Source of the DNA: Gemmatimonadaceae bacterium
GTDB lineage: Bacteria; Gemmatimonadota; Gemmatimonadetes; Gemmatimonadales; Gemmatimonadaceae
Reading direction: 5' to 3'
DNA length: 64,000 bases
Assembly: GCA_035455745.1 (NCBI GenBank)
Contig: DATIEP010000023.1
Coordinates: 16,628-80,627 of the forward strand
The notes under the pieces are model-generated. The model ran no database searches and was not told the DNA's origin. It saw only the letters and a program-made list of their open reading frames with translations. Shown here one piece after another: positions 1-10,310 of the stretch (position 1 is the first letter of the stretch; the number at the start of each line of letters is the position of its first letter). Made by a program: the position numbers and the translations under genes.

Positions 1-1873
1 GGGCCTGCACGAGCAGATTCGTGACGGTGTCGGCGCGATCGACGCCGCCATGCAGGCGCAGGAGGTCGAGTCGGATCGACTCGAGCGCGGCGATGGCGCG
101 AGCGAAATCGTGCCGCGCGGCGTCGCGCTGCTCCCGCAAACGCGCGACCGTTTCGCGCGCGCGGTCGTCCGGCGACGGGGCCAGGTCGCGCTCCGCTTCT
201 GCCGTGAGGCGGCTCAGCTCGTCGACGTGCTCGCGGACGCGGACGGCGCGTTCCTCCAGCCGGCGGACGAGCTCGGGCAGCGCGCGCAGGTCTCGTCGAT
301 AGGCGGTGGGCAGCGCGGCAAACAGCTCGCTCGCCGCCAGGCCGAGCGCGGCTTCCGTTGGGCGGTTGAGCAGTTGTGGCGCGGCCGAGCGTCCGCGCCC
401 GAGCATCGCGCCGACCCAGGCGCCTAACCGGGAGCCCCAGAAGGTCGTGCGGCCGAACCCGATCATGGCCGACCGCAGCTTTCTGGGCAGCAGGCGCACG
501 CCGAGCGCGTTGCTCAGCAGCAGACTCCCGCCGGCGGGCCACGCCGTCAGCTTGAACACGAATTCCAGCATCTGCGGTCCATTCGTGCGGCCGACATCAG
601 CAGCCGACACGATCACGCCCGCGAACGCGGCGACCGACGCCCAGGTGAACCAGCGTAGCAGGCGCGGCCCGACAGCGGTCTCCGTCGATTCGAACGCCAT
701 CTCTTCACGCCGAATGTCCCGCCAGCGCGCCAGCGCGGTGCGAAGATCTGCCACCGAGTAGCCGGCGTGGAGCGCGCGCCAGGTCTGTCGCAGGTGGAAC
801 GCTGCCAGGGTGACTAGCGGCACGGCCGTCAGCACGGACGTCACGACCAACTGTTGCAGCCGAAAGCCGCGCATTGCGTGCGACGCGCCGAACCGCAGGA
901 CGAACCACGCATCGATCGCGGTGACAATGCCGGCAACACCGGCCCACGTCACGAGCAGGGCGCGCGCGGGATTCTGTGTCGTGAGCCAGGCCCGCAGCGG
1001 AATGGGCAGCTCGCTTCGCTCGATGGACGCGGGCTCGAGCGCGTCGGCGAGCGCTTCGCCGCCGGGAAAACGCCCCGCCGGGTCGCGATGGAGGCAGCGG
1101 TCGATGGCGCGCGCGAGTGCCGGCGGCACGCCGGGCGACACGCGCTCGACGGGCCGCGCGGCTTCGCCTAACTGCTTGCCCGCCAGTGCGGCGACCGACG
1201 TCGCGTCGTACGGCAGCCGGCCGGACACGATGTAGTAGCCGACGACACCGAGGGCGTAGAGGTCCGAGCGGCCGTCGACTTCCGTGCCGGCCAACTGCTC
1301 GGGACTCGCGAAGGCCGCGGTCCCCATCGCCCGCTCGGTTTCGTCCTCCGTCTCGGCCTGCCGCACGCGCGCGATGCCGAAGTCGGTGACTAACGCGCGG
1401 CCGGTGCCCGTCTCGAGCAGAATGTTGTCGGGCTTCACGTCGCGATGGATCACCCCCCGCCCGTGGGCGTACGCGAGCGCCCACGACACTTCGCGCAGCA
1501 CTCGTGCTGCGACGGCGGCGCCGAGCTGTCCCTGCGTGCGCACGCGATGGCCCAGGGTTTCGCCGTCGACGTACGCCATGACGAAGAACACGAAGCCGCC
1601 CGCTTCACCGACGCGATGGATCGGCACGATGTTCGGGTGCGAGAGCTGGGCAGCCGTTCTGGCTTCGCGGAGGAAGCGCTCGCGGAAGCCCGGGCGTTCG
1701 GCGAGCGCCGCCGGGAGCACCTTGATCGCGACGAGGCGCTCGAGCTGCACTTCGCGCGCGAGATACACGATGCCCATGCCGCCGCGTCCGAGCTCGCGCT
1801 CGAGCGAGTACTCGCCCGCGAGCGCCTGCTGCACGGCGAGAAACTCGGCATCGATCGGAAGTGCGTTGTCCAT
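1..1873 (-). CDS. Ser/Thr protein kinase (Hanks type) with C-terminal membrane-associated region; 3' end runs off the window
   Basis: Absent from the ORF track because there is no stop inside the window. Hand translation from ATG (complement of 1871-1873) gives MDNALPIDAEFLAVQQALAGEYSLERELGRGGMGIVYLAREV. VIHRDVKPDNILLE lies near 1414-1455 and VTDFGIA near 1375-1395. The frame is still open at bases 2-61 (LRLHGGVDRADTVTNLLVQA). The middle was not checked codon by codon. Confidence 0.8.
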   Translation of the reverse strand, partial: MDNALPIDAEFLAVQQALAGEYSLERELGRGGMGIVYLAREVQLERLVAIKVLPAALAERPGFRERFLREARTAAQLSHPNIVPIHRVGEAGGFVFFVMAYVDGETLGHRVRTQGQLGAAVAARVLREVSWALAYAHGRGVIHRDVKPDNILLETGTGRALVTDFGIARVRQAETEDETERAMGTAAFASPEQLAGTEVDGRSDLYALGVVGYYIVSGRLPYDATSVAALAGKQLGEAARPVERVSPGVPPALARAIDRCLHRDPAGRFPGGEALADALEPASIERSELPIPLRAWLTTQNPARALLVTWAGVAGIVTAIDAWFVLRFGASHAMRGFRLQQLVVTSVLTAVPLVTLAAFHLRQTWRALHAGYSVADLRTALARWRDIRREEMAFESTETAVGPRLLRWFTWASVAAFAGVIVSAADVGRTNGPQMLEFVFKLTAWPAGGSLLLSNALGVRLLPRKLRSAMIGFGRTTFWGSRLGAWVGAMLGRGRSAAPQLLNRPTEAALGLAASELFAALPTAYRRDLRALPELVRRLEERAVRVREHVDELSRLTAEAERDLAPSPDDRARETVARLREQRDAARHDFARAIAALESIRLDLLRLHGGVDRADTVTNLLVQA

Positions 1874-1944
1874 CAGGGCTCCGCGTTGGTCCCGCTCGTG
1901 CTCCGCGTCCGATGTTTTCCGTCGGGCTCCGGGCGCCTGGCGGG

Positions 1945-4900
1945 TCAGTCGACTTTGGCCTCGCTGTCGCCTAACCGCGCCAACCGTCTCCGCACATCGG
2001 CCACCTGCGGCTGCAGCTCGGGATCGGCGGTCCGCCACAGATCGATGAAGGCCGCGTAGTGGGACGCAGCCTTGTCGCGCTCGCCCTTGGCCTCGTACAG
2101 CTCGCCTAACCGCTTGTGGATCCCGGCCAGCACGATCGCATCGCCGAAACCGATGTGATCGCCGGACGCGCCGTACAGCTTCGACCAGAACGGTGTGGCG
2201 AGGTACGCTTCGTATTCCGCGATCGCCGAGTCGGCCTCGGACGACGCGTCGAACGCCCGCGCGAGCACGACATGAATGCAGGGCGCGCACTCGTCAGACG
2301 GCAGGCCGTCGTACCACACGTCGGCCTGACGGAACTGCGACAGCGCGGTCTTCCCGTCGCCGCGCGCGAGCGCGATCGAGCCCAACGCGCCGTGTAGTCC
2401 GCGCGACTTGAGGCGCATGTCACTCGTGTCCGGGTCGTCCCGCCGGAACTGCGCGATACTCGCCGCCGCCTTGTCCGGATCCCCGGCGATGGCATAGGCC
2501 ATCGCGACGTCGAAATACGGACGGTCGGCCAGCGGAATCCGCGACAGCGGCACGTCGGACACCGCCGCATCCACTTGGCGCACTGCGTTAGGCGACGGTC
2601 CGTGGAACCACGCATCGATGATCGCCGTGGTCAGCGCATCCTCGAGGCGGTCGCCGTCAGCCCGCGGCAGAACGGCCGCCTGCTCGCGCAACGCGCGCAC
2701 CCCATCGGCGAGATGGCCGTGCAGGAGATCCACTGCGGCACGGGCGCCGTGAGCCCATCGCTGCAAGACCGGATCACCGCTCCGCGAGAAGCTGTCGACG
2801 AGCGCCCGGAACGCCGCCGTGTCGCCGGCCGCACGGCGCACCAACACCTCGTGCATCTTGAACCCATGCGAATCGGGCGCGCGTCGCCGCCAGTACTCCA
2901 GTGTCTTCTCGGCGCCGCGCACATTCCCCTGGTCGAGCTGCAGCTCGATCGTGTTGCCAATCGCGATGCCCGGCTGCACGCCCTGACTTCTCGACATCGC
3001 GTCGAGCGATTCGGCCTTGGCATAGAGGCGCTCCGTGCGCAGCACCTCGCCGGCATTGATCGGGGCGACGGTCGAATCGCCGCGCTGGACGAGCGCCATG
3101 TACGCAGCGAGCGCGCGTGCGCGATCCTGGTGCGGACCTTCGTGAAAGTAATAGGCCTCCGTTTGCAGGCGCTCCATCTCGGGCAGACGGTCGCGCAATC
3201 GGTACGCGTGCACCAGCGCCGAATCCTGTTCGTCGCGAGAGCCGCCGCTGTTGCCGATCGCGACCGCGAGCAGCCTCCACGCGGACGCAAAGTTCGAGTC
3301 CGCAGCCACTGCTTGGCGCGCGAACTGTACCGCCGCCTCTACGTTTTCTGCTCCGTTCGCACGACTGCCCTCGCTGAACAGGCGGAGCGCCTCGAGCGAT
3401 GCCGTCGTCGCCTGCGCGAGCGGCGGACTGGCCTGCACGCTGCGCAGCGACTCGCCGATTTTTCCGCGCAGCTCCCTCGCCAACTTGTCCGTCGCGTCGA
3501 TCAGCCCGCGCGGCCCGTCACCGGATTCGCGAAAGGAGGCGAGCTCGAGCCCGGAGTCGGCGCTGACTAACCGGAGCGTGATGATGTAGCCCGTGCCGAC
3601 GCCCGTCACTTCGCCGTCGACCACGGCCTTCACGCCTTCGCGCTGCGCCATCTCGCGCGCCGTCGCCAGGTCGAGGCGTGTGTTGGCCGGACGCTCCATC
3701 CGGCGCAGCTCAGCGGCGATCTGCGGCGCCGGCACGAGCGAGATCATCGACGACTGCGCGAGCGCCGCCCGCACCGCGTCGCTGGCCACGGCGCCGAGCG
3801 CCGTGTCCGTGTGCTGCACGCCGAAGTCGGCGATGATCACCGGCTCGCGCGCGGTGAACGTGCCGCGCGCCAGCAACGAGCCCGCCGGACCGATGCCTAA
3901 CGCACGGAGCAGCATGAACGCGCCCACGAGGAGCACGAACGCGCCCACCGCGTAGGCGCCGCCGAACATGGTTCTGCGCCACGACAGGTGCGGACTCGCC
4001 CTGAGCGCCAGATGCGCCATCGTGCCGTGCGCCGGCACACTCGGCGTCCCGCCGGGCGTGAACGTGGGCGAGGTCGTGAGCGCCCGGCGCGCGACGAATT
4101 GGGCATACCCCGTGAACAGGATCACCGGCAGGCCAAGCGCCATGACGATGAGCGAGCCCGGGAACACCCAGTCGGGAAGCCCGATGCCGACGATCGCCGC
4201 CTTCGCCAGCACCGCGACGGCAACGAACGCCACCACGTAAATCATGAGCGCCCGCCGAACCATCGCGCGCCCGCCAATGAGGATGCCGGGCAGCGCCCGT
4301 TGGCGCGACGAGTCGCCCGTCGAAATCGCGTCCAGCGTCGCCAGGATCTCATCGGCCGACCGGGGACGCGCGCCCGGCTCCTTCTCGAGACATTGCGACA
4401 CGAGCCGCGCCAATTCCGGCGGCGTATCCGGACGTTCGTCGGTCACCGGCTTCGGCGTCTCGCTCATGTGCGCGGCGAGCAGCCGCTGCGGCGTTTTCGC
4501 GTCGAACGGGGGATGCCCCGTGAGCAGCTCGTACGCCATGCAGCCGAACGCATAGAAGTCGGCGCGGTGATCCGTGTTCGGATCTCCCGCCGCCTGCTCC
4601 GGCGCCATGTACGCCGGGGTGCCCAACGCCGTGCCTAACTGAGTGAGCGTGGCGCCGCGCGGGCCAGTCGCCGAGGCGGCGATGGCCTTGGCGATCCCGA
4701 AATCCGTGACCATCGCCGCGCCGCGCGAAAGCAGCACGTTGTCGGGCTTGATGTCGCGATGCACCACGCCGCGCTCGTGCGCGTAGGCGAGCGCCCGCGC
4801 CACGTCGCGAAGTATCGAAATGACCTCGGCGATGGGCAGCGCCCCGAGCGCCAGCCGCGCACGCAGACTCTGCCCTTCCACGTACGGCATGGTGAAGTAC

Positions 4901-5160
4901 GGCGCGCCCCTGCTGTCGCCCGCACTCAACACGGGAACGATGTTCGCCTGCTGAAGCGAGGCGGCCAACAGGATCTCACGCTCGAACCGATCCGCGCTCA
5001 ACCCCTGCATGAGCTCGGGCGCCAGGACCTTGACGACGACCTTGCGGTTGAGTCGCAGCTCGTTGGCCACGAACACGCGCGACATGCCGCCGCCCCCGAG
5101 CTCACGCTCGAGGGTGTACGTGGTGCGCAGTGTGTCCTGGAGTTGGTCCCGCAGATCCAT
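1945..5160 (-). CDS. Ser/Thr protein kinase with transmembrane segments and long TPR-like C-terminal domain
   Basis: 1071-aa ORF with GGGGMSRVF, VVVKVL, HRDIKPDNVLL, DFGIAK and GTPAYMAPEQ. Hydrophobic stretches include MIYVVAFVAVAVLAKAAIVGIGL and GAYAVGAFVLLVGAFMLL. The C-terminus is helical-repeat. Confidence 0.9.
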   Translation of the reverse strand: MDLRDQLQDTLRTTYTLERELGGGGMSRVFVANELRLNRKVVVKVLAPELMQGLSADRFEREILLAASLQQANIVPVLSAGDSRGAPYFTMPYVEGQSLRARLALGALPIAEVISILRDVARALAYAHERGVVHRDIKPDNVLLSRGAAMVTDFGIAKAIAASATGPRGATLTQLGTALGTPAYMAPEQAAGDPNTDHRADFYAFGCMAYELLTGHPPFDAKTPQRLLAAHMSETPKPVTDERPDTPPELARLVSQCLEKEPGARPRSADEILATLDAISTGDSSRQRALPGILIGGRAMVRRALMIYVVAFVAVAVLAKAAIVGIGLPDWVFPGSLIVMALGLPVILFTGYAQFVARRALTTSPTFTPGGTPSVPAHGTMAHLALRASPHLSWRRTMFGGAYAVGAFVLLVGAFMLLRALGIGPAGSLLARGTFTAREPVIIADFGVQHTDTALGAVASDAVRAALAQSSMISLVPAPQIAAELRRMERPANTRLDLATAREMAQREGVKAVVDGEVTGVGTGYIITLRLVSADSGLELASFRESGDGPRGLIDATDKLARELRGKIGESLRSVQASPPLAQATTASLEALRLFSEGSRANGAENVEAAVQFARQAVAADSNFASAWRLLAVAIGNSGGSRDEQDSALVHAYRLRDRLPEMERLQTEAYYFHEGPHQDRARALAAYMALVQRGDSTVAPINAGEVLRTERLYAKAESLDAMSRSQGVQPGIAIGNTIELQLDQGNVRGAEKTLEYWRRRAPDSHGFKMHEVLVRRAAGDTAAFRALVDSFSRSGDPVLQRWAHGARAAVDLLHGHLADGVRALREQAAVLPRADGDRLEDALTTAIIDAWFHGPSPNAVRQVDAAVSDVPLSRIPLADRPYFDVAMAYAIAGDPDKAAASIAQFRRDDPDTSDMRLKSRGLHGALGSIALARGDGKTALSQFRQADVWYDGLPSDECAPCIHVVLARAFDASSEADSAIAEYEAYLATPFWSKLYGASGDHIGFGDAIVLAGIHKRLGELYEAKGERDKAASHYAAFIDLWRTADPELQPQVADVRRRLARLGDSEAKVD

Positions 5161-5295
5161 CGTGTGGTGCGGCGTCCGCGAAGGGTCGCAAAAACTTACG
5201 GCGACACGGCTGGTGTCGCCAGCGTTTTCGCCTCGCCGGCCTCGGTTAGGCTGTACGCCGCATCGTCACGCCGCCGGACGTCGCAACAGCCTGCG

Positions 5296-6555
5296 TCAGG
5301 AAGACAGCGACGGTAACCCGGGCCTGGCATCCGGAATCTGTCCCTCGGACCGCTTCGCGGCGACGGCCAGATACTCCGCGATCATGCTGCGCCCGATCGT
5401 CTCCCAGGAGTACACCCGCTCCACCGTCGAGCGGCCGGAGCGGCCGAGCCGGTTGCGCAGTGATTCGTCATTCAATACCGCAATCACGGCGTCCGCAAAT
5501 CCGCGCGGGTCGTCGCGCACCAGGATGTTGTCACCATCGACTGCCGACAGTCCCTCGCAGCCGATCGATGTGCTGACCACCGCTTTCCCCATGGCCCATG
5601 CGTCCAGAATCTTGATCCGCGTGCCGCCTCCGACCCGAATCGGAGCGATACAGCACCCCGCCTCTCCGACGTACGGCCGCGTGTCTTCGACGTAGCCGGT
5701 CGCCTCGATGCCGAAGTCGCGCCGGAATGCGCCTCTTTCCTCCGCCGTCGTGCTCCCGACCCACACGACGTCCGGTGATGCGCCCCGCTCCCGAATCAAC
5801 GGGAGAATCGCTTGGCCAAAGTGCCGCATGGCGTCGGCGTTCGGAAACCAGCTGCTGCCGCCGACAAAAACGACGGTGTTGGCAGCTCCGCCGCCCTGCG
5901 GGCGGAAGTAGTCCACGTCTACTCCATTCGGGACAACGGCGACACGCGACCCAGGCGCCACGGCGCGAAGCGCATCGCGGTCGACGTCCGACACCGTCAC
6001 GTTCAAATCGACACGCGGGCACCAGCGACGTTCCTCGCGCCTCATCAACTCGGCCTGATACGCGATGTAGCCGCGCATCCACGGCGCGCGCTGTTGTTGG
6101 GCGCGTCTCCTGAGCAACGCCGATTGCACATCGTGATGGACGCAGATCAGCGGCACGTCGCCGACGAGCGGGAAATAGTCGGACAGGTCGAGACTGTCCG
6201 CATGAGCAAGCGCGAAGTGCTCGGAGGCGAGAAGGTCGACGAGACGCGCGCGGAATTTGTGCGAACGGTACGCGAACGCGGTGTAGACGCGCCGGCTCAC
6301 CGAGCTATGAAGATGGTCGCGCAGCAAGCGCAGCCGCGAATGCTCCTGTGGAATCGGGAATGCTTCCACACGCGCCAAGCCTCGAAGCCCCGCGACCGCC
6401 GAGTCGCTGCTGGTCTTCGAGCGATAGAAGCAAAGCGCGACGATATCGAACGCGATCGCGAGCTGCTTGAGGACGTTGTACGTGCGAACCTTGACTCCGC
6501 CGTCGGGCGGGAACGGCAGCGTTTGCGACAGAACGAGAAGCTTCGGCCGCGTCAC
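5296..6555 (-). CDS. Glycosyltransferase, family 4 (GT-B fold)
   Basis: 419-aa ORF with a GT4-like C-terminal half (VVFVGGSSWFPNADAM, GGTRIKILDAWAMGKAVVSTSIGCEGL). Its ATG overlaps the stop of the upstream gene (ATGA at 6552-6555). Confidence 0.8.
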   Translation of the reverse strand: MTRPKLLVLSQTLPFPPDGGVKVRTYNVLKQLAIAFDIVALCFYRSKTSSDSAVAGLRGLARVEAFPIPQEHSRLRLLRDHLHSSVSRRVYTAFAYRSHKFRARLVDLLASEHFALAHADSLDLSDYFPLVGDVPLICVHHDVQSALLRRRAQQQRAPWMRGYIAYQAELMRREERRWCPRVDLNVTVSDVDRDALRAVAPGSRVAVVPNGVDVDYFRPQGGGAANTVVFVGGSSWFPNADAMRHFGQAILPLIRERGASPDVVWVGSTTAEERGAFRRDFGIEATGYVEDTRPYVGEAGCCIAPIRVGGGTRIKILDAWAMGKAVVSTSIGCEGLSAVDGDNILVRDDPRGFADAVIAVLNDESLRNRLGRSGRSTVERVYSWETIGRSMIAEYLAVAAKRSEGQIPDARPGLPSLSS

Positions 6556-8618
6556 GGATACGCCGTGCCCCGATTCGCGTTTCCGCCGCTCGCGGTTGCA
6601 GACTTCTCGTCACCCATGCGCGCCGCCAAGGCGCGGACTTGCGCGTTGTCGTAGCGCCGCGAAGCAAAGACCTTGCGCAAGCTGATCGCTGGGCGTCGCG
6701 GCCGCAGTGCCTTCTGTAGCAGCGTGGCCATGCCCGAGAGCGGCACAAGAACCGGCCACGGGAGCCAGATGACGGTGAGGCCGGGGTTGTCCCGACGCAG
6801 GTTTCCGACGAGGTCCCGTTTCGTGGGCGGGTCCGTTGCGATCAGGTTGACGACGTTCGGCGCCTCGTTGAACCGCTCGGCCATATGGGCCAGGACATCG
6901 GCTGTGAATTGGATGTCGACGGCGTCGACACGGTCGCGTCGTCCGCCGACGGCCACGAACATCGGGCCGATGCGCCGGCCGAGCAGCCCCGGAGGATCGA
7001 ACGCCGCGTAATCCACGAGGGCGCCCGGACGGACAACCTTCACGCTGAGCCCGAGCGACGCGCCTAACTCGATGGCGCGCCGCTCCGACTCGACCTTGCC
7101 CCACACGTACGGTCCCGAGCCCCGGCTATCAGGCTCGAGCGCAGTGTTCTCGTCGATCAGTCCGCGGCGAGGACGCGAGAGCACCGCCAGACTGCTGACG
7201 TGGATTACCTGACGCACACCGGCGGCTGCCGCCGCGCGAAGCACTCGCTCGGTCGCGTCGATCGAATTGCGCTGATGCTCTTCCCAACCGCCCGACGTTT
7301 CGGCTGCGGCGTGGATCAGGACATCTGCGCCCGCCAGCGCTTGTGGATCGACACCTTTTCCCAGATCCGCTGCGATGTACTCGACTCCTGGCGACCGCTC
7401 CCACGCAGCCGGTGGTCGCCTGGCCAGCACGCGGACGCCCAGTCCCCGATCGAGCAGCTTCTTTGTGACGGCCTTGCCGAGAAATCCGGTCCCGCCGGTG
7501 AGAGCAACCCTGAGCCGGCCCACCGGCACCGCTGTTTCGGCGACAGACGATCCTGCCGTCAACGCCTGCGAGATTTTTTCGCAGATGCGAACGGTTTCGA
7601 TGATGCTCTCCGGGCTGATGGGCGACGGTGCGCCGTCCCGGATTGCGCTATAGAAAGCGCCGAACAGTTCCGCGAGCCCGGGATACCATCGCTGGCGTTT
7701 GATGAACCGGCGACCGAGCGCGCGCGTCGTCCCGCCGACAAGCTGCGTGGCGATACGATACGGCGACAGGATTTTGTCGATTCCGGACGTGCCGGGGCCG
7801 AACAACTTTTGCACCGTGCCGCGAACGAAGTCGGCGAAAATTGCTCCGTTAGTCCCAACCAGCCGCAGGTAGCTTTCGACCGGACGTCCTTCCACCGTCA
7901 CGATCAGGTGGCCGGTCACGGATCCGCGCCGCACCAGCGCGTGCACTGTCCCCGCTTGTCCCACTTGGATGGATTTCAGCTCTGTGGGTCCCGGCGACGC
8001 CCGCTCGAGAAAATTCAGCAGCAGGTACACTGGATGGGGCAGGACGTCGAGAAGCATGAGGTCGGCGGGAAGCGGCGCCCCGCCGCCGATGCGAAACGAG
8101 AAATAGCTCTCGACATGAACGATCCGACCCAGCGCTGCCGCGTTCGCCTCCGCCTTGCGAGCCGGTCGCTCGTAAAGCAACTGGTGGCCCGCGCATACGA
8201 GCACGTGGCGTGACGAAGCGAGCCGCAGCAGCTCTTCTGCTTCGCCCACCGTGGGCGTGAACGGCTTCTCGACGTACACGTGGCATCCCGCTTCGATTGC
8301 CGCTCGCGCCAAGCGCATGTGAGTCGCGGGCGGGGTGCAGATGTGAATCACGTCCATGCCGCCACTGGCCAGCATCTCCTCGACGGACTCGTAGGCGGCC
8401 GCGTCCGGCGCCTGCGCCGCAAGAACGTTGCGTGCAACCGACGACGGGTCCGCGAAGGCGACGACCCGGGCGGGAATCCCGGCCCGGGCAATGGCCAGCG
8501 CATGATTCACGGCCATGTGCCCGGCGCCCACAATTCCTATGCGCAGCGGGCTCTTCGTTTGGGTGGAGGGGGGTTTGGTGTCAGGAAGTAAACCGGCAGC
8601 AGGCGGTGCAGAGGTCAT
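6552..8618 (-). CDS. Fusion protein: Gfo/Idh/MocA-type oxidoreductase (N) + NAD-dependent epimerase/dehydratase (SDR, C)
   Basis: 688-aa ORF with two Rossmann motifs, LRIGIVGAGHMAVNHA near the N-terminus and LTGGTGFLGKAV in the middle. Translationally coupled to the GT4 gene. Confidence 0.75.
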   Translation of the reverse strand: MTSAPPAAGLLPDTKPPSTQTKSPLRIGIVGAGHMAVNHALAIARAGIPARVVAFADPSSVARNVLAAQAPDAAAYESVEEMLASGGMDVIHICTPPATHMRLARAAIEAGCHVYVEKPFTPTVGEAEELLRLASSRHVLVCAGHQLLYERPARKAEANAAALGRIVHVESYFSFRIGGGAPLPADLMLLDVLPHPVYLLLNFLERASPGPTELKSIQVGQAGTVHALVRRGSVTGHLIVTVEGRPVESYLRLVGTNGAIFADFVRGTVQKLFGPGTSGIDKILSPYRIATQLVGGTTRALGRRFIKRQRWYPGLAELFGAFYSAIRDGAPSPISPESIIETVRICEKISQALTAGSSVAETAVPVGRLRVALTGGTGFLGKAVTKKLLDRGLGVRVLARRPPAAWERSPGVEYIAADLGKGVDPQALAGADVLIHAAAETSGGWEEHQRNSIDATERVLRAAAAAGVRQVIHVSSLAVLSRPRRGLIDENTALEPDSRGSGPYVWGKVESERRAIELGASLGLSVKVVRPGALVDYAAFDPPGLLGRRIGPMFVAVGGRRDRVDAVDIQFTADVLAHMAERFNEAPNVVNLIATDPPTKRDLVGNLRRDNPGLTVIWLPWPVLVPLSGMATLLQKALRPRRPAISLRKVFASRRYDNAQVRALAARMGDEKSATASGGNANRGTAYP

Positions 8619-8689
8619 TGTATGCGTCGTATCGGGAGTCGGAGAGGCGTTAGCAAGTTACAAGCCCGCGGTGCGACGCGTTTCGGGGC

Positions 8690-9007
8690 TCATTCCTTCA
8701 CGCCCGAGGCCGCGAGCACGTCATAGTGCACGACGAACGGCTCGCGTTCCAACAGATAATCGTCGTCCTCCGGGTAGTAGCGCGCCCGGTCGTAGGCCTC
8801 GCCGGCGAACGCGCGGATCGCGTCGAGCGACTCCCAGAGTGTGAGCAGCAAGAAGTGCGTCACATCACCGTCGTCGCGGCGCAGCACGAATACGCCGCGG
8901 TTGCCGGGGGTCGCGGCGTAGTCGGAGAGTCCCGTACGCAGCAGATACTTGTGATAGGCGTCGGCTTTCTTGGCCGGCACGCGGCCGTGCCAGGTTCGTC
9001 CAATCAT
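8690..9007 (-). CDS. Antibiotic-biosynthesis-monooxygenase (ABM/Dabb) family protein
   Basis: 105-aa ORF. The pattern WHGRVP...FLLLTLWESLDAIRAFAGE...VVHYDV is typical of small ABM-domain proteins. Confidence 0.6.
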   Translation of the reverse strand: MIGRTWHGRVPAKKADAYHKYLLRTGLSDYAATPGNRGVFVLRRDDGDVTHFLLLTLWESLDAIRAFAGEAYDRARYYPEDDDYLLEREPFVVHYDVLAASGVKE

Positions 9008-9032
9008 GGGCCCTCGATGGCTAGCGTTAGGC

Positions 9033-9503
9033 TTAGAGGTGCCGGGCGAGATGCACCGTGCCGGCGAGCAGCGCGATGAACACGACGAACAGCAAGATGC
9101 CGCGCACCCAGTTGCCCGTCGCCCACTGGCGAGCCGCGCGGCGCAACACCGCCGGATCCTGCGGCTCCGGCGACGTGAACATCACAGCGAGTCTCGGGTA
9201 GTGGAACGTGTACGTGATCACGTCGGCCACGATCAGCGCGATGAGGGCGACGAGAAATGCGTTGTCGCCGGGCTTGGCCCAGTCGAACACCACGGCGCCG
9301 AGCGTGAGCAGCTGTGCGGCAGGGGCGACGACGCGGAAGAACCGCGCCGGCGTGGCGCCCGCCAGAAACTGCCGCGCGAGTGCGATGGACGCGGGAATGT
9401 CCCGCTCGTAGTTGGGCGCCATGACGACGGTCTCGTACCACGTCGCGCCGAAGAGCAGCGCGACGGCGATGAGCGCGATGACACCGAGGACGTGGGGAAG
9501 CAT
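9033..9503 (-). CDS. DUF1772-like (anthrone-oxygenase family) membrane protein
   Basis: Start moved to MLPHVLGVIALIAVALLFG (complement of 9501-9503). Four hydrophobic helices and a C-terminal WATGNWVRGILLFVVFIALL. The stop TAA is immediately followed by GCCTAAC. Confidence 0.5.
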   Translation of the reverse strand: MLPHVLGVIALIAVALLFGATWYETVVMAPNYERDIPASIALARQFLAGATPARFFRVVAPAAQLLTLGAVVFDWAKPGDNAFLVALIALIVADVITYTFHYPRLAVMFTSPEPQDPAVLRRAARQWATGNWVRGILLFVVFIALLAGTVHLARHL

Positions 9504-9617
9504 CGATGGGTTTGCGTTAGGCAACGAGGACGGCGCGGCGGCGATGCACGACGCCGGAAACGGTCGCCGCTGAATGTGGCACCGGTCCCTTGCCCTGCGC
9601 AAATGCGGATGTCGGGG

Positions 9618-10133
9618 TCACACAGCGCGCGCCATGCGCACGAGCGGGATCACGACGCCGCCCGGCAGTGTGGCCTCGATGCGCTCAATCTCCGAGAAGC
9701 CCAGTGCGCGATACACGGGTTCACCGGGGAGCGTGGCCATGAGCTCGATCCGACGGAATCCCGCCGCGCGCGCCGCGCCGACGCATTCGGCATAGAGTCG
9801 TCGCGCCAGGCCGCGTCGAGCGAACGCCGGGTGCACGAAGAACGCGCGGATCTTTGCGGCGTCCCGCGCCGGATCGAGTCGCTCATCTGTGGTGTCGTGC
9901 GACGCCATCTGATCGCCACCATACAGGGCGCGACGAGAGCTCCAGCCGCCCGCCGCGGCGGGCGCGCCGTCCGGCGCGTCGATCACGTAGTACGTGCCGT
10001 CGGTGACGAGATGCGTGTCGACGCCAAACACATGCGTCACCAGCGCCTCGACCTGCGCAGGCGCATAATAGCCTGCGCTCAGTGCCCGAGCGGATTCCGC
10101 AATCATGGCGTTGAGCGCCGACACGTCGGCCAT
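9618..10133 (-). CDS. GNAT family N-acetyltransferase
   Basis: C-terminal part of the 310-aa ORF. IRAFFVHPAFARRGLARRLYAEC is an acetyl-CoA binding motif (R/Q-x-x-G-x-A type). The start is uncertain: ATG at 10133 or an upstream GTG. Confidence 0.75.
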   Translation of the reverse strand: MADVSALNAMIAESARALSAGYYAPAQVEALVTHVFGVDTHLVTDGTYYVIDAPDGAPAAAGGWSSRRALYGGDQMASHDTTDERLDPARDAAKIRAFFVHPAFARRGLARRLYAECVGAARAAGFRRIELMATLPGEPVYRALGFSEIERIEATLPGGVVIPLVRMARAV

Positions 10134-10310
10134 CGTTGCCACACGGAGCGCGAGAGGCGCGTTCTTTGTTAGGCGATCGCCGGCCGCGGCTGCCGTATCG
10201 GGACGCACGCCGGAGCCGGCCACCTCGTTCCGGGGCAGGTCTCCCGCTGATCGCTTGTCAGGCCCGCGCATTGGTTGAAAGTTATGCGTCGCGACCAACC
10301 ACACGGAACC

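Noticed and set aside
705-1484. Long Arg/Ala/Pro-rich ORFs on the opposite strand or in alternative frames. Examples are 705..1484, 2575..3570, 13416..14390, 36208..37341, 40886..41770, and the N-terminal extensions of 14993..16789, 50549..52183 and 51466..54084.
   Set aside because: These are typical shadow ORFs of a high-GC genome. They overlap ORFs with clear family motifs, have extreme Arg content and carry no recognisable motifs.
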